NCBI GenBank assembly: GCA_013239625.1
Contig: MU054187.1
Location: forward strand, 9,631,231 to 9,695,230
Source of the DNA: Lama guanicoe
Lineage: Eukaryota
Reading direction: 5' to 3'
DNA: 64,000 bases
The notes beneath the pieces were generated by a model. That model was given only the letters and a program-made list of their open reading frames with translations. It ran no database searches and was not told where the DNA came from. Position 1 is the first letter of the stretch; each line of letters starts with the position of its first letter. Of this stretch, positions 1 to 14,021 are shown in pieces. Both the position numbers and the translations under genes were made by a program.

Positions 1-311
1 TGATGAAGTTTCTAGTAATGCAGTAAAATTAAATATTTCAGAAATGAACTAAAGATAAATACTGAAATGTAAAGCTTTGAGAACTACCATGTTTTGACAT
101 CATATATATGAGAGCTAACTCCTCTGAGAACAAAACAAATTTAAAAAGCAAGGAAGTAAATAAAATACTCTCTTCAGTTAATCGAATTAGGCAGAATAAT
201 ACTAAAGGAAACTCTATGTATCTCTGATGGACTAGCCACACAGTGAGTAAAATGTAAGAACCACTAGGACTTAAAGCAACCATCTCAAGAAAAGAAAAAT
301 TCTTTACAAAC

Positions 312-416
312 CTGCGTGTCTGAAATGTCTTCCGTCAATAGTTGAGTACCTGGTTCTTCTTTTTCCCAGTTATCTAAGACTAGTGATTTTCTGACTTTCC
401 TTACAGAAGCAGTATG
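312..416 (-). CDS. MYBL1: MYBL1 exon 14 (HTASVRKVRKSLVLDNWEKEE...ISDTQ); gene continues left of the window
   Basis: ctag acceptor, CAG|GTTTGT donor, 105 nt; separated from exon 13 by an 88-nt intron (417-504). Confidence 0.94.
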
Positions 417-504
417 CTAGAATGAATAATTTATAATAGGAACATTACGGTGAAGTCACTTGAACACAGTATGACTTTTATTAACAATGATACTGAAAGA
501 TTAC

Positions 505-621
505 CTCTTGTTTGCAGCTTTTGTAAGCAGGTTCATCCTCCTCTTTGAGGAATATGTCTGTTCCAGTTTCTTCTTTCAAAACTTCCCGAATATCTTCTTC
601 CAAGAAGGCAAGTGGCTGTGA
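505..621 (-). CDS. MYBL1: MYBL1 exon 13 (SQPLAFLEEDIREVLKEETGTD...YKSCKQE)
   Basis: tttag acceptor, GAG|GTAATC donor, 117 nt. Confidence 0.95.
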
Positions 622-3515
622 CTAAATTATTTTTTAAAGGATTTTTAAAGTCTTTTATACCAATTCCTTTTTCTCCCCATATATAGAAACCCAACTTTTA
701 CACTTTTTCATTATTGGCATAATTTTCTCCTGGTAACCTACAGATACATAAGTTGAATAAATTAATGAACTAATCCATTCTATGACAAAAATAATTTTGC
801 ACATTCCAAGTGCTAAATGAGGTGTGGCACTTTCTGCACTCCAGGGAACTAAACAAAAATCTTCCTTTTGGGGAACCTATTACAGCTCCTGCTTCAATCA
901 GGATCCTCACAATTAAATAGAAAAGAAAGATTATTTCCCCAAGTATTTTTACATAAAAATAGGAAATACAGAACAAACTGGGACTACACTAGCTCTCCTT
1001 ATTCTACTTCTATGGTACTAGTTAGAGTGTGTGTAACCACTAGTTAGCAGGGTTCTCTTACCACTAAATGTGAGTTACTTAAGAGCAGTGGTGACATCTT
1101 TTTCATCTGTGTATAGATCTCTGCACACCTAGCCTTAAGCTTAAAGCTGAGACACAGTGTTCAAGAAGTGTGTGTATGTGTACTGGAGTGTGGAAGAGCA
1201 GGAAACAAAAAACTTGAATGTGGGTTGAATAATGAAATAGTCTCAAAATACTATTCATCCACCTTTCTATCAAATAGCTAGGCACACCATATATTCAGAA
1301 AAAATTTTAATTATATCAAACTTAATATCTACCATAACCAAGATTTGTTTAGCCCATGTCTCCAGTCAATAAAGTCAGGAAGAACAGCAGCCATATATAA
1401 ATGAGATTTCACAGTACGTACAAAAACTTTAAAAATGGAAATAGATTTTAAAGTGCTCTCATCTACAGCCTGAGACATGCAGGAATCATGTCAGTATGTC
1501 TGTGTGTTGCTCCAAGAGCTTTTGTTTTAAAGATTACATTTCACAAAGAACATACATTAGACGTTCTTAAAAAGAAATCTGGAATCTGTTGTTTCCCCTA
1601 TAAGAATACAAATGTCCTATGGCTAAGACATAGATGAATTCATCACCACCAACAATTATTCTCTTAATTGTCCTAATGTGACAAAGAAAAAGAACTGCTG
1701 CACTTAACACTTCTCAGGTTAGGGAATACCAAAATTAATAGATTTATATTTAAAGAACTTCCAAGGTTTCTGAGTAATTTTCAATAAACATCAGATGAAA
1801 CAATGTTTATTAAGAAAGCAACATATAATTAAGATGTACCTGATTAAAATTCTAAAGCCAATCTCTAAGAAGTGCATTTGACTCATAGTAAGACACATTA
1901 GAGAGCTCAGTGGTTAGCACATACTAGGTGCTCAGTATAAACTGGAGCATGAGGAGCAGGAGGAATGAAAAGTCAGTTCACTGCCAATGAGCCTATAGAT
2001 ATTTTTAACAATTTTAATTACAAAATCAATACTTTCCTTTTATCTTAAATTGCTGATGAAAATTATCTGTTTTGGCAATGGATAAATTCTTCCCAAACAC
2101 GTACAAACTTACAGGCACTTTAGGTCACTTGAAACCTAATTTCTTGCACACTATCATTAAAATGATAGTTTTCATTCAACATAAAACGTTGACCAAATGA
2201 CCCTGAGGCACTGGAGAAATTTTTAAATGTCTTCAAATAATTGTTTATTTGTCTAATTTCCAATTAGGCTACACACCCCTATGAAGGCAGGAACCATACC
2301 CGACATGTTAAAATCACACCCCCAAAGCCTAGCACCTATAAGGCACTCAATCAATATTTGCTGAATTAATGACAATTTTTTTAAATGAGTAACAAAATAC
2401 TGAAATGGATTAGTTAAATCAATCAGGTAATTTCATACAATGGAATATTACACAAACATTAAAAATTATAGCATACATACAATTTATTAATTTTAAAAAG
2501 GTTACAAAATAGTACAAAAAGTGTGATCTTATTTTTATTTTGTGTATTTTCTTTTGTGTAAACTAAAAAGTTTAGAGAACTCTAAAGAGAATATAATTGT
2601 TCACAGCAGTATATGAAGTAAGTGACAAAAAGACTTGATCAGTTCTACTATTTGCCCTCTAAAACAGTAATTAAAAAAAGGGGAGGAAAGGCTAGAAGAC
2701 TTGAGAGTCTGACATGATTTCTGGTAGAAATTGATTAAATCAATTAAACTCGAATTTATTAATTAATCTACCCAAAATGTGACTAAAAATAGAACATAAC
2801 CAGAGTACCTTGGAAGCGACCAATATTTAAAAAATCATACTTTGTTTTTATTAAACCTAGTTTGTCAGGCTCTATATCTGCCTAGAATTAGACTACCCAT
2901 GGCTCACTTGAGGTACTTCAGAGTTGACTATATATATATATATATGAAAGATAACACCTCCCGTCTCCATTCATGAACTACTGCTGTTACCACTATGATT
3001 AAAATAGTAATCGTATCAACTAAGCACATATTTCCAAAACTTAGTATCAACCCCTTAAATTATCTTTTACCATCACAAATAACCCCTGGGGTGTGTTTTA
3101 TAATCTCTACTGAATAGAAGAGGAAACTGAACCTTAAAGAGGTATCCTGATTAATCAGTTTCAAAAATATTATTAGAAAAGTGCTTATGTATATCAAATT
3201 TATTTTATTCTACTCTAGGTAACTTTACTGAAACTACTAAAAGGTGGGTTTTAGTATTAAGAAATGGACGCTGACACTGGATTTACCTTCTCTAGATGAT
3301 ATAATGTAAAGAAAGCATGAATCCAAAACAAGCGAAACAAAAATTAACAAGGAAAAAGATTAACACAAATTCAAACTTATAAATTAAGAGGTAAAAAGCT
3401 TTTTAATCTGGTTCAGTGAACATCTTTTTTTAATGTTAAAAATCAAGAGTAAAAATCAAAATTTGCATCTTACTAAAATTAGGAAAATTCTTAAAAATAA
3501 AAGGAGTATACATAC

Positions 3516-3630
3516 CACAATTTTAAGAGGTCCATATTTCTTCTCCTGAGCAGCAAGTGCATTCTTAAAAGGAGTAGGAGTTCTTGGTGTGGTACCCAAA
3601 ATAGATCTTCTAATGGTAGGTGTTCTAAAT
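3516..3630 (-). CDS. MYBL1: MYBL1 exon 12 (FRTPTIRRSILGTTPRTPTPFKNALAAQEKKYGPLKIV; conserved Myb C-terminal domain)
   Basis: tag acceptor, GTG|GTATGT donor, 115 nt; TPTPFK motif. Confidence 0.97.
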
Positions 3631-4060
3631 CTATTCAATCATTTAGATATTTGTATTACAGTCAAAATTTGATTTCTTATAGTTAAGGAAGGCAAAGCCA
3701 CGATAAAAGCACACACTAAATTTATCTTGCATATACAAACACTATTCAAACCTTCTAAGAGTGTGTTAAAGTATGCCTGCCTAAACTGTTTCTTAGTTGA
3801 AGCAATCATCTTAAAACAGAAAAAAGACAAATGTAGAGAAAATTATTTAAAATGTTTGCTTGAAGTCAAAGTTTTATACTCTATTTAGCTGGTTTTCAGT
3901 CTCCCAGGGGTAAAACATAAGGTTATGATTTATTTTTATTTTAATTCTAAGTCCCACATGGATAGGGACTATGATACATGTATAAATGGACGAAAAGCTA
4001 ATGTACTCATGAAACTGTGCTTCCCATTTTCCCTAACACAATCATTTAACACCTACTTAC

Positions 4061-4203
4061 CCGACATTTTCCTTTTGATCTTTGGGGGTTGTTTCCTTAT
4101 GAAGAGGAGTTGTAATAAGAACTTTCTGCCCACAGATAGGGGTTGATGTGAATGAAGGATTTTCTATGTTAACTTGTTCATTTCCAGGACATGTGTTGAA
4201 AAA
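4061..4203 (-). CDS. MYBL1: MYBL1 exon 11 (FFNTCPGNEQ...PKDQKENV+GG)
   Basis: ttttag acceptor, GG|GTAAGT donor, 143 nt; translated by hand. Confidence 0.95.
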
Positions 4204-6071
4204 CTAAAAAAGGAAGAGAGATTAAATACAATGTCTAAAATGTCAAAATCCCTACACAAAATTTAAACTGGCAAGATTTTCAAATTATTTCTTCATTCCT
4301 TTTAGGAAAGGATTATCAGTAATACTACATTTACATTCCATTCCACAAAAATTAAGCTCCATGAGAGCAGGAATTTCTGTTCTGCTCCTCACTGCCACCC
4401 TAGCTCTTAGAACACTGCTTACCACATAACAGGCATTCAAGAAATGACCATTTAACAAATATTAAAAGTTACAAAACACAATAAAAAAATTTCCAAACAG
4501 TATATATTATCAAATAGGAATATACAGGAAACATAAACAGCTGCTGTTAAATATAAGTTTTGTACAACAGCATAACTAAAAAAAGTTTTATTATTTTATC
4601 AATAAATGATCTTAAGTGTTCTTTTCCATGAGAATATTTAGAATTCAGAATATAATAATAATGTTTTGCTAATAAGAAATAAAGCTCTCTAGCCAATCTG
4701 CCTATTTGGAAAAGATCTCAGAACCTCTGAACAGCCAAAACTGGTATCACAGAGTCCATTTTCCAAACAACACAATTTACTGGATCTTAATTTACATACA
4801 ACTGTGAAATACTAATTTATTCTTTTACCCAACAGAGTAGAAGCAATGGTAGGAGAAAGTAGAAACTGCTTTAATGCTACTTATAACTGGAGAATTCTAG
4901 TGCCATCGTTCTGGCTCCTAATGTTTTCAATGTATTTAATCCTAAGATCAGCAGTCAAACCTTAAAACACTGTAGAGATGCCATCAATCAAAGAATAAAA
5001 TCCAAACCCTTTGCTATGGGATACAAGGTCTTTATAATCATGTCTCACCTTCTCAGTCATTTTCTACCTTAGAATTTACTCTTCAACAAAAATTATCAGC
5101 ATGCAAAACTCCAAAGATAGAAAAATGCTACTGTGCCCAAACCTGCTTCACCTTCCTCAAGATGCTTTGTAACTCTTGAGGATGGGGGTGGGGACACACT
5201 ACTTACATTGTAGCCTATGTAAATGGCAACCCCTGAAGCACAGGGGGCATGGTTTTCAGAGAACACAGGGGTTGTGTACTCACTGCCAGATCCTCATCCT
5301 TCCAGTGTCAAAATGCACCTCCAATTATACCCCCAACATGCTCCAAGTTTACTTGACCATTAACCTTCTATCTTCTCCCATAAAACTTTTCAACCTCTGT
5401 CAAGACACTTTCAGCAAACACCAGCTCCTTCTCTTTCTTACTAACTGACCTTGGACAGATTGTTTAACTTCTCAATTTCATTCCACCTACCTCCTAAGGT
5501 TTTTTGAAAGAGCATTAACCAAGGTGCCGTATAAGACAAGTGTTTAGCGCACAGCCTAGAACATAGCGTTCATTAAGAAAGATAGTATTATAAAATAAAA
5601 GGTACAGTTTGCTCTGACATAATTATCTGCTGCCCAGGGATATAACTACAGGAGAAAGTGGTAGTTCCTGACATCCCTAGAAGAACTTACAACACACGGA
5701 AGTCTTACGGGGAGCAGCTCTCTATGGGCACAGATACCTGGCTCTCAGTCTCAGCTCTGCCATTAGATAACTTTGGGCAAATTATTTTACCTTTCTGGGC
5801 CTATTTCCTGATGAGTCCTATAAAGACATAGAATTACACATCTAAAACATCCCTTTTAGCCCTAAAAATTGTAAGGTACTGTAATGCAGCTACTATATTT
5901 TGTGAGATACTTTTCTGATTTATCGTGGCTTAGCATTCTCATGTATACGTTTAAATACATTATCCATTTTTATGTGTCAGCAAAGCAACGAACTGCTAGT
6001 ATGGATATTAAAGACCTAATTTAATCCAGCTCCTCAACATCTGGAAACATAACCAAAAACAACACTTCTAC

Positions 6072-6440
6072 CTGTGAAGGAGAAAATGGTAGTGTTTTCA
6101 CCGGTGTGTGCTTTAGTGCTGTATTACCGCCGTCGCTGAACGACCCATCACCAAGTTCGCTGCCCGGGGACTGACCCACTGGCATCCTTCTCTTCTTTCT
6201 GAGGATGGTTGGGGGAGTGCTAAACTTGACCACATTTGGGGATGTTAAAGGAACAGCCTCACCATCTGCACCATTACAACTGGTTTTTTTCCCTTCAAGT
6301 ACAAGACTGACGTTAACTTGACATTCCATGGCTCCTTCATTGTGTTGAATCCGCATTAGTTTAACAGGGGTGGACTTGACGGGAGAAGCAGCAGCATCGG
6401 AAAGATCAAAGCTAGTAACATCACTCCACGCTACGGGATC
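6072..6440 (-). CDS. MYBL1: MYBL1 exon 10 (DPVAWSDVTSF...KTLPFSPSQ)
   Basis: cag acceptor, CAG|GTAGAA donor, 369 nt; overlaps ORF 6021..6449. Confidence 0.96.
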
Positions 6441-7444
6441 CTGCAACAAATTAAATTTCCAACGAACATTATGAATGCCATAACCTAGTTAAATCTAATC
6501 TTGAACACAGTATGATTTCCAGAGTTAATTAACTACTCATTTTTTATCAGCAGAAATAGGCTTTCCTTGGGTCATCTTTTTTTTTTTAAGCAAGACCATC
6601 TGAGAAAAGAAGATAATGCTTTTACAACTCCAATTCTGAACATCCCAGAATAATATTTCATCTAATTCTGTAGCTGAAGCTTACTGCCAAAGTACTTTAA
6701 ATAAAAAGAACAAATTATTTTAAGTTGTTATAAAAGAGTACAATTCATCATAAAGCTTCATATTCGATTCCACATTAGAAAACTTTACAGCCTATTCTGC
6801 ACCTACATAATCACGACGTAATGAGCATGGAACATCCTCAAAATGGTCATACACTATGATCCAAAAATTCAACTTAACCTAAGGACATAATCATGATTTT
6901 GCACAAAACTTTACATAATACGTTCTTTAACTTGTAATACTTAAAAACTGGACACCACATAAATATCCAATAATAACGGTATGTTGGGTTAATAAATTTT
7001 GTTACATTCATATGATAAAATATCATGAAGCCATTAAAATTCAAATTTAAAAAAAGAGTTAAGAAAATAGAGACATGCTCATTATGTAATATGGGAAAAA
7101 TCCACAAACATAATACATTAGTATATATTTGGGTTCAAAAATATACACACATGTGTGTTTTATATGTATAGAACCCAGCTTGAAAGGAAATACCTCAAAT
7201 TATTAACTCATTTTAATTTTCTTCTTTACAGTATTCTCTAGTTTCCAGCTATCTCTAATATACTTGTACCACTTGTATAATTAATTAATAAACAAATAAA
7301 TATATATATATATTTTGCCAGAAGTCACTTCAAAACATCAGATCAAAATTAAGCATGACATAAAAGGTAACGCATAACATAAAATTGGTCAATGTCCCTG
7401 AAATCACATCATTAACATTGAGCTTTTGACAATTTCAGACTTAC

Positions 7445-7678
7445 AGATTCAATAAGTTCCAGAGTCTCTGCGAATTCTGGGATGGTCTGTAGGGAGGACA
7501 ACACAGCATTTGCCTCCACAGCCAGGAACTTCGTAGGGGAGCTCTGCTGAGCAGACACGGCCTGAGTGTCATCCATTCTGTAAAACTCCCCGGCGTGCTC
7601 CTCAAGGCTGTTTAGCGTATTAGACACGCTATCATCCACGAGGAAACTACCAGACCAGCTAGAAAAGCTTCCAGGTTG
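7445..7678 (-). CDS. MYBL1: MYBL1 exon 9 (QPGSFSSWSGSF...IPEFAETLELIES)
   Basis: ttttag acceptor, TCT|GTAAGT donor, 234 nt; FAETL motif. Confidence 0.96.
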
Positions 7679-8589
7679 CTAAAAATACAAAAGAAATCTG
7701 AACGCTATTTCTCATTCCCATCCTAAGCAAAAATTTAGACTTTAAGAGTATCTTCTTGAACAACACACTTCACAACATTTCAGCTAAAAAATACAGTAGC
7801 AACTATATCACCATTCCTCAAAACTGATAAAAATGTTTTTTCATTAAACTTCAACTTGACTATATTTCTTCTTTCTAATAAACTTTTTAAAATCTATAAA
7901 GTCACAGTGAGGTAAACCTAGCATGTGTATACTACAACATAAGGTCCAAACCACTAGAATCTGGCATTTCTCCACCTTTCAAACTTCAGCTCCCAGCACT
8001 CCCACTCACAAGCCCTACCCCCCAGGGAATCCTGAACACCCAGCTGCGCTACCTGCAGTTCCCTGATGAGCTGGTCACGAGCTTACCCCAACGGGCCTTT
8101 GCACAGCCTGCTGCTCCCCTTATGTAGAACGTTCAACCCGCTGAGCAGGGAGAACTCTCCTTCCTCATTTAAGTACGATACAGTTTAAGTATTGGAAAAC
8201 GCATCACCTTATTATACACTTTTACCTGTTCCATTTATAACAATGTCCTAGTTCACCTATTTTGCTAATATATAATCATTGCCTAACTTTCAAGACTGAG
8301 CTCAAAGAGGCTTTCTTCCAGGAACTCTTCAGACCACATAAATCTCAGTTTCCTATGAGCTCCTATAAAACTAAGTGACTTATTTTATCTCACTGGATCC
8401 TGTTTCTTATGTGTCCCAACTGCAGAGCAAGCCTTTGAATTCAGGGATGGTGTCATTTTTCTTTATCTCTCTAGAGATGTACATAGCAATTTACTTATCT
8501 TTTGAGCCTAGATTCCTAGTGTCTCTTGATGAAAAACAAGAAAAGAGACCTGACCTTGAAGAGCTATGATTAAGAAACTATATATAATT

Positions 8590-8785
8590 TGAAAACTGTT
8601 AAAAACAGTAGATCCTAAGAGTTCTCATCACAAGGAAAAATAAATTTTTTTGGTATTTATGAGACGATGGGTATTCATTAAACTTATTATGGTAATCACT
8701 TCACAGTATAAGTAAGTAAAAATGATTATACCGAACACCTTAAAATTATGGTGCTATGTTAATTATACCTCAAAAAAACAAAAAG
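8590..8785 (+). mobile_element. Old L1 3' end
   Basis: gtagatcctaagagttctcatcacaaggaaaaa...ttatacctcaaaaaaa. Confidence 0.8.
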
Positions 8786-8804
8786 AAACAGGATGTAAAG
8801 TGTA

Positions 8805-8980
8805 TAGCACTGTCGAACAGAACCCTCTGAGGTGACAAAAAGGTTCTGCACCTGAAACTGCTCAATATGGGCACCAGTAGCCATATAAGCAACAAAATTG
8901 TAGCTAGTGCAACTGAGAGGCTGAATTTTTAAATTTTAAATTAAATGTGGCTAGTAACTACCATATTTTAGAAAGCATAG
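8805..8980 (+). mobile_element. MER3-like hAT-Charlie MITE
   Basis: agcactgtc..acagaac...gctagtgcaactgag..gctgaattttt...tgtggctagtaactaccatatt matches recalled MER3 consensus. Confidence 0.78.
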
Positions 8981-9487
8981 TGCTCAGTCCATAAGGAAGC
9001 TCTCAATAAATGGTACCCATTACTATTAAAAATCACTAGAATGTGCCAGATATTCACAATACTAAAATGTTAAATTTCAAGTTAAGGTGAAAAAATTAAT
9101 TTTCAACATTGTTGCAAAACAAGTTCCACTTGCTTTAAAGTTTCCTATAAATAAAAGAAATTAAAGCAATCTTATTTCACTAGCATAACCACCTTCCAAG
9201 TTTACAATCACTTTCTGGATATAGCTTCCAAACCATATATATTTCAAGTAAGCCTGCAGGTGGGAAAAAGATTCGAAGAGGGAGGTTACTAGGCCCCCTG
9301 GCAAAACCATAAGTTTGCAATCGTATACACCTGATTCTGAATCCCTAGCAACAAATCACCTACTTTGCAGAGTTAATATAAGTACTACCAGGAGTACATG
9401 TAACACATCAACAGTAGTGGAACATGATGAATACTTGGTAAAATGGCAGTCATTATTATCACATAATTATTTAGAATAGAATACATA

Positions 9488-9633
9488 CAGGGGAGGGTAT
9501 AGCTCAAGCAGTAGAGTGCTTAGCATGCACAAGGTCCTGGGTTCAATCCCCAGTACCTCCTCTAAAAATAAACAAACAAACCTAATCAAACAAACCTAAT
9601 TACCTCCACTGCCAAAAAATAAAACAAAATACA
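9488..9633 (+). mobile_element. tRNA-derived SINE (Vic-1-like, camelid)
   Basis: GGGGAGGGTATAGCTCAAG (A box)...GGTTCAATCCC (B box), A-rich tail; perfect 17-bp TSD ttagaatagaatacata at 9471-9487 and 9634-9650. Confidence 0.9.
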
Positions 9634-10990
9634 TTAGAATAGAATACATATTTTATATATGTATGGAGTCTATAACACTGGGTACAGCAACTTCCCTCTA
9701 GAATCTCAACAACATTTTTATGAGAGTTATTTTAGATAGCAAGTTCTAAAAAACAAATTAATAACTTTCTCCCTTTTTAATGCAAAATGCCAGTTCTTTT
9801 AGCTAATTATATCCTATTAAATTAAAAAATGACAGACTACTATCAAAAAATAGAAAATGTGCTTAAACATGAATATATTGTCTACAAATGTAGACTCTCT
9901 TACCATGAATATTTGCAGCTTCTTAATAAAACCAAAATTAACTTTAAAATAAGTACCCTTAGATTAGATCTTCCTATTTACCCATGGTTTTTGCAGTTTC
10001 AAAACAAAAATTACTTTTCCCATGGTGTATATAGCTCATCTATTACAATTAACAAATGTAACATTTTCATTAATATTTTCTGAAGTGGTATAAAGACATC
10101 ACTAGTTGCCTCGTAATGCTATTTCAAGTCCTCAGGTTAGTCTATTTCATAACTTTGTTAGTTCTTAGTCACTGTAAATGTACTGTCCCCTCATTCAGCC
10201 CCAAACCAAGAAAAATACTTTCCTAAATGTACAAAGTCCCAGGATATTAAACTTTTTAAATTGTTAGTTAAATATAAACTTTTTTTCCTTTTAATACATC
10301 TAGCACAGCCTGTTAACTTAGCTAGAATCATCACCACTTATTCCGATTCAATACTCCGAGCTGTTCTCGTCAACCAAATCTCAGACCAGTTTTCATACCT
10401 AGTAACCAAAACCCAACATCCACAGAAAAATTTCTTGAGAGAGCAGAAAATTGAAATGTTTCCTTTTCCCATATTTTTACCATAATTACTTTTTCCAATT
10501 TACTGAATTTGTATTCTAAATATAGTAAAAGGGAAAAATTTTTCTAAGAGAATAAAACTAATTTTGAAGCACATAAATCTCTATACATCTATTAAATTCC
10601 TTGTTTTTTTTTAGTCTTTGTTTCTACTAAGGCCATTGTTACATGGAATGTCTAAAATAAAACCAAAGCCTAATCTAAACCACATAAAATTTTCAAAAAT
10701 ATGCACATCAAAAATTATATCATAAATTTGCTTGATATTTATAATTCAAGAAATATCTTAATACAGAACATTGTGAACTATGTTCAAAGAGATGCTTATC
10801 AAAAACAGGCAACCTCAGAGTTGTAAATCAAAAAAACTATTTTCAGTCCATATTAAAATCTGAAGTCACGATGAATATGCTTTCCACTTGCTGGCATACA
10901 AAAGTCAATAAAATTATAAAACTATAAAACCATATAAAGTATATAAAAGATTCTAACAATAAAATCTAAACACTTAAGCTTATTTCTTAC

Positions 10991-11095
10991 TGATGGAATT
11001 CGCTTTCTTCTAACTTCATTCTCAGCTGACATTAGAAGCAACTCAAGTTCCTTTATTTTTTTTTCCTTATCAGGATCTTCATCAATAAAGGGTTG
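10991..11095 (-). CDS. MYBL1: MYBL1 exon 8 (QPFIDEDPDKEKKIKELELLLMSAENEVRRKRIPS; transactivation motif)
   Basis: ttttag acceptor, TCA|GTAAGA donor, 105 nt; contains the Myb KIX-binding ELELLLMS motif. Confidence 0.97.
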
Positions 11096-11716
11096 CTAAA
11101 ATAAGTTAAATAAAAGAGAAAAAACAGGCTACTTACATAATTGCTTTATTATTACTATGAATGTTCTAGTTTTTATTTTCTTCTATGCAACATAAAATCC
11201 ATTTTCTCTAATAAAGCTTAATACTACTAAATCCCAAATACTCAGTATCATAATGCATCTGGTACCCCCTTCAAAGAAGTGCTGGTAAATATTTTCAATT
11301 TAACAGAAAAGATTTGGGAAATTTAAACGTATCAAAATTGCACTGTATCATCTATGTCAGTTTACAAACTTATGTGTGAAGTCTATTTTAATTTATTGAC
11401 TCAATGTACATATTCTATCCATTTTAGCAAAAATATGTGCATTCATAACCTGAATGCTCTAAGTTGGAAGAATGAAAGAACCACCCTCTGATGCTGTGGA
11501 GTATCTTACATTTGTACAGTTTACATTTCTCAAACCCATTTACAAACTTTCTCCATTAATGGTATAATATTCAAATAGGTCAGATAGCATTGTTTTTGCT
11601 CTAGTTTTATAGATGAGGAAATAAGCACTATTAGACTTGGAAATGTTTGGAAGTATTTCCTTTGTTGTTGCAGTTGTTTTTGTTTTTGCTTTTTTTTTTT
11701 TATAAATAAAAGTTAC

Positions 11717-11791
11717 CTGAATAAAGGCAGAAGACGTCTGAACGTGTTCTACACAATTGCCTTCAGGTGATAAATACTGATAGCCCGGGAT
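11717..11791 (-). CDS. MYBL1: MYBL1 exon 7 (IPGYQYLSPEGNCVEHVQTSSAFIQ)
   Basis: ttttag acceptor, CAG|GTAACT donor, 75 nt. Confidence 0.95.
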
Positions 11792-14021
11792 CTAAAAAGT
11801 AATTAAAACATTAATATGATACATATAACACTATATAAATGCTTTTAAATCTGAGGCAAAGCACAAAAACAGAATAAAATATCAACATTAAAAACTCTGT
11901 CTCTGTTAACTTTAAATATTCTTACGTACAATAGTTTCTTCTTTTTTTAAATAATAATTTCTTAACTAATAATTATATCTCCATTCTTAGAATCTACTGA
12001 TTGAAAGTCATTAGCTCTTAGGAAAGACCTGTTTTCTCCTGAATGAAATATGAGAATTATTTGACTAGATTTATCAGCCAATCAGTCTTTTATTATCTGC
12101 AATATCCACCAAATATTTTTAAAAATCTGCTATTAAAGGATTGCTCTATCTCCTGGAGAAGACTAAGTAACTGTGTTCCCATTCTTCAGAGGAAGGGGCT
12201 GGTCCACGTGAAGCGCTCAAGAAGATGGAGCCTACAGTAGTTTTCAGTATCCTTATCTCCTACTCCTACCACCACCCCCTGCAATCCGTGTACAGAAAGA
12301 TGTGAAAACAGAGGCTGTTTCCAGTCCTTGTCTTCGAAAACAAGTAGAATCACTCATGTACTTTTTAATACTCTGACAATAGAACTAAGAGTTGATTCTG
12401 TTTCTTTTCTAAAGTATCTGAAATAAAAATTTTGAAGTTGCACGCAAATTTAGTGTGCAGTGGTGGGAAGAAATATGAGTCTTTTTTAAAATCTTAAAAA
12501 CTAAAATATAAATTTGAAATTGTCTATTTTCCATAATGGCCCACCTAAATCACTTTCATATGCAGTATCATTATACATAACTTCTAACACAGAACTTAAT
12601 TTTCACAACACTTGATTAATATCAGTTATTGCTCACCTTCCAATGAATCAGAAACTTATCTTTCTCAAATGTTTCATTTAAATCTGTGACAGTTATTTCA
12701 AACCAAATCTATTTTTCAAGTCAAAATTAGAACTATCTTTTTAGCAGTTTAAATGAACTGAACTATGAACACATAAACCTTTCAAGAATTATTAAAAGGT
12801 AAATAATTCTTAAAGCACAAGAAAGATCCTTACTTCCTATATATATGTATACATTTTTTTTTACCTTCCAATATATTTTGACTGAGAGTGTTAAACACTC
12901 CATTGGCCCCAAATGATTTTAAAAATTATCTTCCTATGAGTTAAAAAAAATAAATTTAAATGATAATCTTTCTAAGACAGAAGCAGAATGTTTCAGTTTA
13001 TGCTGCTGAAATCTAGGACTCTAAAGAAAACTGTAAAGAAACAGACAATAAAAACTTTAAGGTACAACTGAGTACCAGCAGGTAACTCCTGTCTTCATAT
13101 GTTTTCCTATTTGTAAATTAAGATGTCCCCAGTTTTTTTAAGTGGTTCTTTTAAAATTATATCTAAAAAAAATAATGTCCATTTAATGGAATAAAATAAA
13201 ATCTGAGGCATACTAAGCACAGATTTTTAATACCTAGCCAAATTTTATCTTTCAGTAGACACTATTAAATCCTGACCTCATCTTTACATTTTATGTGACA
13301 AGAGTCAAGAACTGCTTAACATGAAAAATGGCATGACAGACAAGCAGACAGGAAAATGTAAAACAAATCTTATGAAAACTCCTAAACTAATTTCTTCCAG
13401 GTAGGAAAATGTAAGGAAAATAAAGCCTGCCCTATGATGAACATGGGTAATCTCCAATTAACCTATCTAAACAAAGGCTGAAGTCATTCAGTCAGTTGAG
13501 TGATAAGGGAAAAGCAAGGCTGAATGCCATCAGAAAACCAATTATTTACCACAGTCCTCAAAAGGACGGCTTGAATGATTTCAGACTATTTTCTCCTTTA
13601 AACCATTTTATATACCCTTACCTCTTAGAGATAAGCAATACTGCAATTACACAAAATATTCTTTAAAAAGAAACTACAATAGATATTAAAGCACAAATGA
13701 CCATTAGCTTTGAATCATGAAAATTCAATGATGGTATTAGGAAATATACATACTAAGTTTCTTAACCAGATAATGTAAAAATTATATATAAATGGAAGTA
13801 TTTTAATACGTTTGTTCCCCCAAATATTTATCAATCAAAACAAGTAGAGATAAACTTCCACTAATGCTTCATCAGCTAGTTATGGCATATTTTTTTGGTT
13901 TGGAAATTGACATGTCTTTTCCCTTAATATATGTTGTATTTGTCCTATTAAGAAACTAAGCATCTTCCCATACAGCAAGTAAAGGAATTTTTTAAATAAT
14001 AAAAGTATTAAAAATATGTGC

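Noticed and set aside
9490..9560. Possible tRNA gene
   Set aside because: Followed by a SINE body, A-rich tail and TSD, with a degenerate cloverleaf; called as SINE
12130..12330. GC-richer patch in MYBL1 intron 6 with CACGTG
   Set aside because: No convincing splice-site pair or structure found by eye; cannot support a call
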